Shown here piece after piece: positions 8,446 to 15,428 of a stretch of DNA of 32,000 nucleotides. The translations under genes were made by a program, and so were the position numbers. The stretch is from NCBI GenBank assembly GCA_963677105.1, contig OY781871.1, forward strand, positions 720,001 through 752,000. The letters are read 5' to 3'. Source of the stretch: Candidatus Saccharimonadota bacterium (lineage in GTDB: Bacteria; Patescibacteriota; Gracilibacteria; UBA4473). The first letter of the stretch is position 1, and every line of letters starts with the position of its first letter. The notes under the pieces were generated by a model. That model ran no database searches. It saw only the letters and a program-made list of their open reading frames with translations, and was not told the origin of the DNA.

Positions 8446-9341
8446 AAAAAAAATATACCGATTCCGATATTCAAAACATGTTAGTTGAGTTGGCAGAATT
8501 TGTGCCAGAAATTAAGCCAAACGATACTGAATGGAAAGAATTTCTTCGCGAATTTATTTCTGCTCGACCAAATATTGAGCTAAACGAAGCGTTTGCAAGA
8601 GAACTTCGAGATCGAATTTTAGAACGATCCCAACAATTGAAAACGTCTCGATGGAAGATTCCTCAATGGTTGAAATTAAGTGGAACGTTTATTGCTGGTG
8701 CCGCAATGTGCGCGCTTGTTATTGTTCCAATTTTAAGAACTCCAGATATTATTGATGCCCCCAATTTCATACATACAAAGAGAACACAATTGCAAGCAAT
8801 GAATGGAGGAGAGGAAAAACATGAAGTAATAGAATTAATTCTCGAAGATTCAGACAATATCCCAGAATTTGATATTGCGCCAATGATGGCAAAAGAAATG
8901 TCTTCTCCAGAAATGGCGCGCTCAATGCCAATGTCGGAAACACAAGAATTAATGGTTGCCGCTGGAACGTTAAATTCTACGATTGGAGAAGTTTCAGTGG
9001 AAGACGGAATGATAGAGCCAATGGCTTTCGATGGAATGGTGAATTCTCGTATGGTAGATATGCCTCCGCAGTTAGAGTGGGAAAAAATGCCGAGTGATTC
9101 AGCAATTTTACGTGTTGCGACAGAATTTTTTATGAAACATAATTTCGATACGTTATCGATGAGTGAGCCACAAATTGATAAGTGGTGGGAAAACGAAGAA
9201 ATGACATGGGAACCAAAATTTGCCCCAGATCGTGTGGGAGTAATATTTTCTGGAGAAAATGGATTAGAAGATATTCGGATTGATGTAGATACACGAACAC
9301 TGAAAGTTGTTTGGATGACGTATAATTATTCTATGAGATAA
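8442..9341 (+). CDS. Putative single-pass anti-sigma factor with a Met-rich extracytoplasmic domain
   Basis: 299 aa, translationally coupled to the ECF sigma gene (4-nt overlap). One TM helix (aa ~78-98, LSGTFIAGAAMCALVIVPIL). No HxxxCxxC zinc motif. The call rests on position and topology, not on a recognised domain. Confidence 0.55.
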   Translation: MKKKYTDSDIQNMLVELAEFVPEIKPNDTEWKEFLREFISARPNIELNEAFARELRDRILERSQQLKTSRWKIPQWLKLSGTFIAGAAMCALVIVPILRTPDIIDAPNFIHTKRTQLQAMNGGEEKHEVIELILEDSDNIPEFDIAPMMAKEMSSPEMARSMPMSETQELMVAAGTLNSTIGEVSVEDGMIEPMAFDGMVNSRMVDMPPQLEWEKMPSDSAILRVATEFFMKHNFDTLSMSEPQIDKWWENEEMTWEPKFAPDRVGVIFSGENGLEDIRIDVDTRTLKVVWMTYNYSMR

Positions 9342-9381
9342 AGAAATATTTGAAAAAATACTTAAGAAATCAAGTGTTTTT

Positions 9382-9410
9382 TTGATATCGAAAAAAGTAA
9401 AAATTATACA
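9382..9410 (+). promoter_or_regulatory. Candidate sigma-70 promoter for pcrA
   Basis: TTGATA (9382-9387), 17-nt spacer, TATACA (9405-9410), 46 nt upstream of the ATG at 9457. Pattern match only. Confidence 0.3.
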
Positions 9411-9456
9411 GATTTTTCTTTAAAATTTCCCCAACACTCAGTACACTTCGCATCGT

Positions 9457-11691
9457 ATGAACGATGAAATTTTTGCCGGACTCAATCCTCAACAATGTGA
9501 AGCAGTAAAGATTTTGAGTGGACCACTTTTAATTTTGGCTGGAGCTGGATCTGGAAAAACAAAAACACTCACACATCGTATTGCAAATATCATTTCACAA
9601 GGAACATCTGCAGATAAAATTTTGGCGGTAACATTTACCAACAAAGCTGCTGGGGAAATGAAGGAACGAATTCAAAGAATTCTTGGTGGAGGAAGATTGC
9701 CAGCAGTCGGAACGTTTCACTCAATTTGTGTTCGAATTTTACGAGAAGATATTGAAAAAATGGATTGCGGATTGACACGTAATTTTGTCATTTTTGATAC
9801 GGATGATTCTCAGAAATTGATAAAAATGATTCTCAAGGATTTGCAAATAGACGAAAAAGAATTCAAACCACGTCCAATTGCAAGTGTTATTTCCAGCGCT
9901 AAAAATATGCTGAAAACGCCACTTACATTTTCTGAAGAAAATAATAGATCACCGTTATATCGCGTAGTTGAGAAGATTTTTCCTGAATATCAAAAACGTT
10001 TAATAGAGCATAATGCACTGGATTTTGACGACTTACTTCAGAAGACAGTTCAGCTTTGGGAAGAATGTCCGGAAGTTTTGGAAAAATATAGAGATCGGTG
10101 GCATCATTTGATGGTAGATGAGTACCAAGATACGAATTTTACGCAATATAGATTGGTGCGATTGTTAGCGGAGCCATGTAATAATTTGTGTGTTATTGGA
10201 GATGATCATCAATCAATTTATTCGTTTCGTGGAGCAGATTACACAAATATTTTGAACTTTGAGAAAGATTTCCCAGATGCGGTAGTGATTAAATTAGAAC
10301 AGAATTATAGAAGTTCTGGTCATATTTTGAAAAATGCAAACACGTTGATTGCGTTCAACGAAACAGGTCGTCCAAAGAAATTATGGACGGAAGCAGATTC
10401 TGGTTCAAAAGTTCGAATTCATAAAGCGTCAGATGATCGAATGGAAGGGAATTTTATTGCAGAGCAAATTTGCAAACATGCGAGTGATGGAGGGCGATAT
10501 GATGATTGTGCGATTTTATATCGGATGAATGCGCAGTCGCGTTCTATCGAAGAAGCGTTGATGCGTCGACAGGTTCCCTATCAGATCGTTGGAGGAACTC
10601 GATTTTTTGATCGAAAAGAAATTAAGGATGTGGTGGCGTACTTACGTCTTATTTTTAATCCACGAGACGATGTGGCATTTCTGCGGATTATCAATATTCC
10701 AAGTAGAAAAATCGGAGCGGCAACTTTAAGTTTAGTAAAAGAATTTGCACAGAATTATTCAATGTCGATGTTTGAAATTCTAGAAGAAGTGAATGAGATA
10801 GAGTTACCAGAATCAAAAAAAACAGTCTTAAAAAACTTTCGTGATTTGATAAAAGAGTTTCAGGAAGACGCAAAAACACAGCCGATTTCTATACTGCTTG
10901 ATCGTGTAATTGAAAAAACAAAATATTTAGATTTTCTTGATGACGGAACTTCTGAAGGAGAAGCACGAAAGCAAAATGTGCAAGAACTTTTTTCTGTAGC
11001 GGGACGATATGATTCTGCGGAAGATTCATTAGCATCATTTCTTGAAGGAGTCGCATTAATCTCGGATTTGGATCAAATGAAAGATGGAGATTCTGTGACA
11101 TTGATGACTGTTCATGCGTCGAAAGGGTTGGAATTTCCGAGAGTTTTTCTTGCGGGTTGGGAAGAAGGAATGTTTCCTGGACAAGGAGCGTTGACGGATC
11201 GAAATGCATTAGAAGAAGAGCGGCGACTTGGATATGTGGCAATTACGCGTGCGAAAGAACATTGTACGATTACACATGCACAGCAGCGAATGTTGTTTGG
11301 GCGAACGCAATATGGAGGAGCAAGTCAGTTTTTGTCTGAACTTCATGAAGCATCAGTAGAGCGTACATCAGATGATAGTGCGCCGTCTTCTCGTTCACGA
11401 TTTTCTCGAAAAGTTAATTCTTCTCCCAAAGTGCGGAAAGAAGTATTGGAACCATTTTCAGATGAGTATCCATCTATTCTCAATAAAAAACAGCCAAGTT
11501 CTCGGTCTGAGGCAATTTTTGGTGTTGAAGAAAATTCAAGTGATTGGTCCGTTGGAAATCGTGTTCGACATGCAGAATTTGGCGAAGGAACAGTTATTCA
11601 AGTTGCAGGGGATGTTTTGACCGTAGCGTTTGCAGGAATTGGAATGAAAAAGATTGTTGCGTCGATTGCACCGATTAGTCCGATTGAGTAA
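9457..11691 (+). CDS. pcrA: ATP-dependent DNA helicase PcrA/UvrD (SF1)
   Basis: 744 aa. Motifs present: LNPQQCEAV, Walker A AGAGSGKTKTLTHR, TFTNKAAGEM, DEYQDTN, GDDHQSIYSFRGA, LEQNYRS, TVHASKGLEF, YVAITRAK. C-terminal Tudor-like tail is GNRVRHAEFGEGTVIQV. Confidence 0.93.
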   Translation: MNDEIFAGLNPQQCEAVKILSGPLLILAGAGSGKTKTLTHRIANIISQGTSADKILAVTFTNKAAGEMKERIQRILGGGRLPAVGTFHSICVRILREDIEKMDCGLTRNFVIFDTDDSQKLIKMILKDLQIDEKEFKPRPIASVISSAKNMLKTPLTFSEENNRSPLYRVVEKIFPEYQKRLIEHNALDFDDLLQKTVQLWEECPEVLEKYRDRWHHLMVDEYQDTNFTQYRLVRLLAEPCNNLCVIGDDHQSIYSFRGADYTNILNFEKDFPDAVVIKLEQNYRSSGHILKNANTLIAFNETGRPKKLWTEADSGSKVRIHKASDDRMEGNFIAEQICKHASDGGRYDDCAILYRMNAQSRSIEEALMRRQVPYQIVGGTRFFDRKEIKDVVAYLRLIFNPRDDVAFLRIINIPSRKIGAATLSLVKEFAQNYSMSMFEILEEVNEIELPESKKTVLKNFRDLIKEFQEDAKTQPISILLDRVIEKTKYLDFLDDGTSEGEARKQNVQELFSVAGRYDSAEDSLASFLEGVALISDLDQMKDGDSVTLMTVHASKGLEFPRVFLAGWEEGMFPGQGALTDRNALEEERRLGYVAITRAKEHCTITHAQQRMLFGRTQYGGASQFLSELHEASVERTSDDSAPSSRSRFSRKVNSSPKVRKEVLEPFSDEYPSILNKKQPSSRSEAIFGVEENSSDWSVGNRVRHAEFGEGTVIQVAGDVLTVAFAGIGMKKIVASIAPISPIE

Positions 11692-11711
11692 AGGCTCAAA
11701 CTTTGATTTTT

Positions 11712-11873
11712 TTAGGTAAAAAATAAGTAATAAATACTTCCCCCTAAGGTAAAAGAAAATAACCAGCCTAAAATGGTTGGACGATTTAAATCAGGATAAC
11801 ATATTTTTATTACTGTTAAAATTATCATTTCTATTAAAACTGTAAATAGCGAAATCAAAAATACTGCTTTCAT
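11712..11873 (-). CDS. Possible 53-aa two-TM small membrane protein (below the ORF-track cutoff)
   Basis: Hand-translated as MKAVFLISLFTVLIEMIILTVIKICYPDLNRPTILGWLFSFTLGGSIYYLFFT*. It has two hydrophobic segments joined by a PDLNRP turn. It fills an otherwise empty gap between pcrA and the tRNA terminator. A TATAAT lies on the minus strand at 11902-11907. There is no SD and no homology evidence. Confidence 0.35.
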   Translation of the reverse strand: MKAVFLISLFTVLIEMIILTVIKICYPDLNRPTILGWLFSFTLGGSIYYLFFT

Positions 11874-11977
11874 CTTGGAGAATATATAACTAAGTAAAAG
11901 AATTATACAATTTTGTTTAAAAGTAGAGAAGTTTATATTATAAGGGGGAATTTAAATTTAATTTGGAATTTTTTGTA

Positions 11978-12002
11978 ATAAAAAACCCAGTCCAAGGACC
12001 GG
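11978..12002 (-). terminator. Rho-independent terminator downstream of the tRNA pair
   Basis: Minus-strand sequence is CCGGTCcttgGACTGG (6 bp with one G:U, 4-nt loop) followed by GTTTTTTATT. It starts 17 nt after the tRNA-fMet 3' end. Confidence 0.6.
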
Positions 12003-12018
12003 ATTTCTAATTTTTAAT

Positions 12019-12093
<75 letters not shown>

Positions 12094-12125
12094 TCAACAA
12101 TTGAAGAACTGTGCCAAGAAAAGAA

Positions 12126-12202
12126 TGGTGGGCGTACCTGGACTTGAACCAGGGACCTCGTCCTTATCAGAGACGCGCTCTAACCAGCTGAGCTATACGC
12201 CC
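12126..12202 (-). tRNA. tRNA-Ile (anticodon GAU), CCA encoded
   Basis: Hand-folded 77 nt: GGGCGTA TA GCTC AGCTGGTTA GAGC G CGTCT CTGATAA GGACG AGGTC CCTGG TTCAAGT CCAGG TACGCCC A CCA. Confidence 0.95.
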
Positions 12203-12218
12203 TTCTCTAGGCGGATGG

Positions 12219-12246
12219 ATTGTAGGAATTATGAGATTTGTGTCAA
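12219..12246 (-). promoter_or_regulatory. Near-consensus sigma-70 promoter of the tRNA-Ile/tRNA-fMet operon
   Basis: Minus strand reads TTGACA (12246-12241), 16-nt spacer, TACAAT (12224-12219). The -10 element ends 16 nt before the tRNA-Ile 5' end. Confidence 0.65.
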
Positions 12247-12359
12247 CGTTTTTAATAAAAGTTTTCTCAAAAAATATATTAGAACGTAGGAAAATGACTT
12301 TAAATTTCATGGAAGGAATTCAATAGCAGAAAAAATTATTTTTTGTATAATCAATTTAA

Positions 12360-12911
12360 ATGTCTTTTCTAGAACTTTTCATTCTCGCGATTGCGCTTTC
12401 AGTGGACTCACTTGCTGTTTCTGCGGGATTCGGAACTTCTGTAAAAAAACAGTTATTTGAGAAATCTGTTCTTTTGGGAATTTGTTTTGGTGTTTCACAT
12501 ATGATTGCCATTCTTTTGGGGTGGTGGATTGGGGAAAAGTTTTCAGTGATTATCACATCAACGGATCACTGGATTGCTTTTGGATTGCTTACGATTATTG
12601 GGATACGAATGATAATTGGTTTTTTTGGAAAACAAGAAATGAACCCGAAAATATTCCAATGGAAAACTCTTTTTCCACTTTGTTTAGCGACAAGTATTGA
12701 TGCGGTAGGAGTAGGTCTTTCTTTTGCATTTTTCCCTATCCATGTGTTTCGTGCGATGTTTTTGATTGGTGTGGTTGTATGGATTATTTCATTTTTGGGA
12801 ATGACGTGTGGAGCGAATCTTCAAAAGTATATTGGTAGGAAGGCTGAATTTGTTGGAGGACTTGTTCTCATTGTAATTGGAATTAGAATTTTGATTGAGC
12901 ACTTGAATTAA
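12360..12911 (+). CDS. mntP: Manganese efflux pump MntP
   Basis: 183 aa with six hydrophobic helices. Duplicated DUF204 motifs are AIALSVDSLAVSAGFG and LATSIDAVGVGLSFAF. DHWIAFGLLTIIGIRMI and KAEFVGGLVLIVIGIRIL closely parallel E. coli MntP as I recall it. Confidence 0.88.
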   Translation: MSFLELFILAIALSVDSLAVSAGFGTSVKKQLFEKSVLLGICFGVSHMIAILLGWWIGEKFSVIITSTDHWIAFGLLTIIGIRMIIGFFGKQEMNPKIFQWKTLFPLCLATSIDAVGVGLSFAFFPIHVFRAMFLIGVVVWIISFLGMTCGANLQKYIGRKAEFVGGLVLIVIGIRILIEHLN

Positions 12912-12940
12912 ATCTAATTAAAAAAGTGGTATAGGAAAAT

Positions 12941-12966
12941 CCGTGACCCTCTTGCAAGGGCCACGG
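12941..12966. terminator. GC-rich hairpin between convergent mntP and the phosphatidyltransferase gene
   Basis: CCGTGACCC (12941-12949) pairs with GGGCCACGG (12958-12966), with one A:C mismatch. On the minus strand it is followed by ATTTTCC. It is probably the terminator for the minus-strand gene and possibly bidirectional. Confidence 0.55.
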
Positions 12967-12970
12967 AAGA

Positions 12971-13537
12971 TTATAGTTTGATCCTTTTCGAGATGGAAAG
13001 GAATCCCAGCATAACTGCGATAGTTAAGAAGAAATTTCCGTTAATCACACACCATTCTTGTTGGAATGCATGGGAAATTCCAAATGTGATGAGGCTACCG
13101 CATTGTGCACAGAACTTCCACTTTCCATAACTAATGGCCCCTCTCTTTGTTACTCCATGCATTCTTGTTGAAATAACATCAAGAGCGAACATCATTCCCA
13201 ACAGGAAAAGATTTACGTTATGTTTAAAGAGAATCCCAAACGCGGCGTAGACAATAATCTTATCCGCAATTGGATCAAACATCTTACCAAAAGCAGTTAT
13301 CTGCTTTCGTTTTCTCGCAACGAAACCGTCGAGAGCATCTAAACTTAACCCAGTGGCAATAGCCATTGCGGCAATTGTTATATCAATATGCCAACGCGAA
13401 ATACCAAAGAGTGCGATTAGAATTCGAATGAAGGTAATTAAGTTTGGCAACTTCATCATTTGTTGCCACGTTGTATCATCTTCTTGTGATTGGTTTAAAA
13501 AGACAGAAAATATCGATGGATATTTCTTCTTTACCAT
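12971..13537 (-). CDS. CDP-alcohol phosphatidyltransferase family protein
   Basis: 188 aa. Exact family signature D-G-x2-A-R-x8-G-x3-D-x3-D in LDALDGFVARKRKQITAFGKMFDPIADK. It is a polytopic membrane protein. It is one of the few genes here with a strong SD (GAGGAGG 9 nt before the ATG). Confidence 0.87.
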   Translation of the reverse strand: MVKKKYPSIFSVFLNQSQEDDTTWQQMMKLPNLITFIRILIALFGISRWHIDITIAAMAIATGLSLDALDGFVARKRKQITAFGKMFDPIADKIIVYAAFGILFKHNVNLFLLGMMFALDVISTRMHGVTKRGAISYGKWKFCAQCGSLITFGISHAFQQEWCVINGNFFLTIAVMLGFLSISKRIKL

Positions 13538-13681
13538 AATAATATTCCTCCTCTTGTATTGATTACGAAAAGATCAAACCAGTGTAAAACCAGCATGACT
13601 TTTCGTTAGAAAAAAACTCAGCTACTTTTAACATACTACTTATGATCTTTTTTACGAAGAAGTCAAGTCATTGATTATTAA

Positions 13682-14575
13682 CTATTTCATTTCGCTAGAA
13701 ACAAACATTCCACAATTACTTCCAATTACATTCTCTTCTTGATCTCCAATACTCACAATTACATCAAATCCAAGAGCTTTCGCGCTATCAATAAGTTTTT
13801 GAATTGAAGACTCATCATTCGGATCAAGCTTTGATGTAAGACTATTTTCTTCTGCTTTGTTTGTGGGATTGAGTGGTGTTAATTTCAAAACAAAAATTTT
13901 CGGATCAAAATACTTTTCAATTATATCCAAATCAATTGGATATTCCTTCATTACAATGAAATTCAATGTGATTTTCCGATCTCCTAAAGTGAAAAACTTC
14001 TTTCCGAATTCTGCGATTTCAGCAAAATCCATTTTATCAATTGGAATCAGTTTATCTCGCATTTCCGAGTCTGTTGTGTGAATCGAGAATTGCATTTGAA
14101 ACATCCCGTTTCCATAGAGTTCATCTTTTATTTCTTTCAAATTCATGAGTAAATTATCGCACCCCTTTGGTCCAACGGTGGAAAAAGATGGTAATAATCC
14201 TGGCGCGTCATATCGAGTTGGTAATTCGCGAAGCGTTTCTAATACTGCCGGATTAAAAGCAGGTTCTCCCATTCGAGTGAACTGAATCTTAAACTTTTTG
14301 GCTGGAACTTTTCGGTCTGGATATCGTTGATCAACTACATAATCAATTTGCTCAAACATTTCTTCCTTCGTCAGTTTCCCAAAATATTTCTGTCCTGCAT
14401 CGCACATCAAACATTTTACCGGACAACCAAAAAGACAGGAAATAATAATGACCCACTTTTCATCACGAGTAAGTGGTGGCTGAATTGATTCAGCGAACTC
14501 AACCATATGATTTCCAATTTTTGCAACATATAACTCAGCTATTTTGTCAGTTCCAATTTTTTTTACTATTTCCAT
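13682..14575 (-). CDS. Radical SAM enzyme, RlmN/Cfr-like core, N-terminally short
   Basis: 297 aa. CX3CX2C cluster motif is GCPVKCLMCDAG. Colinear similarity to RlmN/Cfr blocks as I recall them: FTRMGEPAFN (MGMGEPL.N), SFSTVG (.LSTSG), MQFSIHTTDSEMRDKLIPIDKM (LAISLHA...R..L.PIN.KY), LKLTPLNP (NLIP.NP), GSNCGMF (AACGQL). Confidence 0.85.
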   Translation of the reverse strand: MEIVKKIGTDKIAELYVAKIGNHMVEFAESIQPPLTRDEKWVIIISCLFGCPVKCLMCDAGQKYFGKLTKEEMFEQIDYVVDQRYPDRKVPAKKFKIQFTRMGEPAFNPAVLETLRELPTRYDAPGLLPSFSTVGPKGCDNLLMNLKEIKDELYGNGMFQMQFSIHTTDSEMRDKLIPIDKMDFAEIAEFGKKFFTLGDRKITLNFIVMKEYPIDLDIIEKYFDPKIFVLKLTPLNPTNKAEENSLTSKLDPNDESSIQKLIDSAKALGFDVIVSIGDQEENVIGSNCGMFVSSEMK

Positions 14576-14576
14576 A

Positions 14577-15428
14577 TTATTTCAGAAATTCTATTACAGT
14601 TAATGCGGTTGTGAGTGCGTCACCAGTTGCTATTTGTACGTGGCGTTTTATACCATTTTTCATGTCTCCTGTAAAAAATATTCCGTCTGTTTCCCTCAAA
14701 TTATTTATTTCTATAACAGCCGGGTTGCGTCCGATAGTTACGAGAACAGCATCACCAATGAAATTTTCTTTTTCACAAATAACACTAATCGTATCGTTAT
14801 TATCTTGTATTTCTTGAAAGTGAATATTTTCATGAAACTCAATATTCTCTTTTTCTGCGCGTTCTTTCAACAACGGCAAACAACATATATTTCCACGTGT
14901 GAGAATAACAGGCTCAATGCCGTGTGATTTTAGATTTAATGCTGAATCAAATCCGACATCGCCACCACCGATGATAATCACTTTTTTTAAATCTTTGTAT
15001 ATCGGGCTTTGAAAGAAATGTACGCGTTCATAAAACAAACGATTTGTCGTTTCTTCACCAGGAAGATTGAGTTTTCGAGGATTCGTTCCTGTGGCGAGAA
15101 TTACGCTTTTTGCCTGACATACTGCATCTTTTGTAACGAGCTCGAGCGTTTCATTTTTCCGTATTTCCGTGACGAATTGTTTTTCCACCAAAACATTATG
15201 ACTCTGTAAATGTTCGATAAAATGTTTTACTAATTCTCCGCCAGTAATCCCTTCAGGAAAACCGAGATAATTTTCCACCCAATTTGCATTTCTCAGCAGT
15301 CCTCCGAGTTCATTTTTTTCAAATAAAATCACAGATTTCCCTGAACGTTTTAACTGAATTGCGGCCATCATTCCGGCTGGTCCTCCGCCGATAATTGCGC
15401 AATCGAACACTTCTTTATTCATTATCAT
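14577..15428 (-). CDS. Thioredoxin-reductase-like FAD/NAD(P) oxidoreductase lacking the CxxC redox centre
   Basis: 283 aa. FAD motif is DCAIIGGGPAGMMAA. LGGLLRNANWVENYLGFPEGITGGEL matches TrxR GGQL..T..VENYPGF..I.G.EL. Second dinucleotide motif is KVIIIGGGDVGFDSA. C-terminal motif is GIFFTGD. The position of the TrxR CATCDG site reads FYERVHFF. Confidence 0.85.
   Translation of the reverse strand: MIMNKEVFDCAIIGGGPAGMMAAIQLKRSGKSVILFEKNELGGLLRNANWVENYLGFPEGITGGELVKHFIEHLQSHNVLVEKQFVTEIRKNETLELVTKDAVCQAKSVILATGTNPRKLNLPGEETTNRLFYERVHFFQSPIYKDLKKVIIIGGGDVGFDSALNLKSHGIEPVILTRGNICCLPLLKERAEKENIEFHENIHFQEIQDNNDTISVICEKENFIGDAVLVTIGRNPAVIEINNLRETDGIFFTGDMKNGIKRHVQIATGDALTTALTVIEFLK

Noticed and set aside
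10691-11620. Several ORFs antisense to or out of frame within pcrA (10691-10879, 10889-11242, 11157-11339, 11372-11620)
   Set aside because: The pcrA frame is continuous and carries all SF1 helicase motifs. The others are shadow ORFs.
11692-12018. tRNA-adjacent integration scar or island downstream of tRNA-fMet
   Set aside because: There is no integrase and no duplicated tRNA 3' fragment (att-like repeat). The gap is explained by a terminator and a small ORF.
12247-12359. yybP-ykoY manganese riboswitch upstream of mntP
   Set aside because: The region is too short and lacks the conserved G-rich elements of that riboswitch. A TATAAT sits only 8 nt from the ATG.
13857-15209. Plus-strand ORFs antisense to the radical SAM and TrxR-like genes (13857-14081, 14473-14817, 14634-14927, 15009-15209)
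   Set aside because: These are shadow ORFs opposite motif-supported CDSs. Their products are Phe/Ile/Ser-rich and low-complexity.
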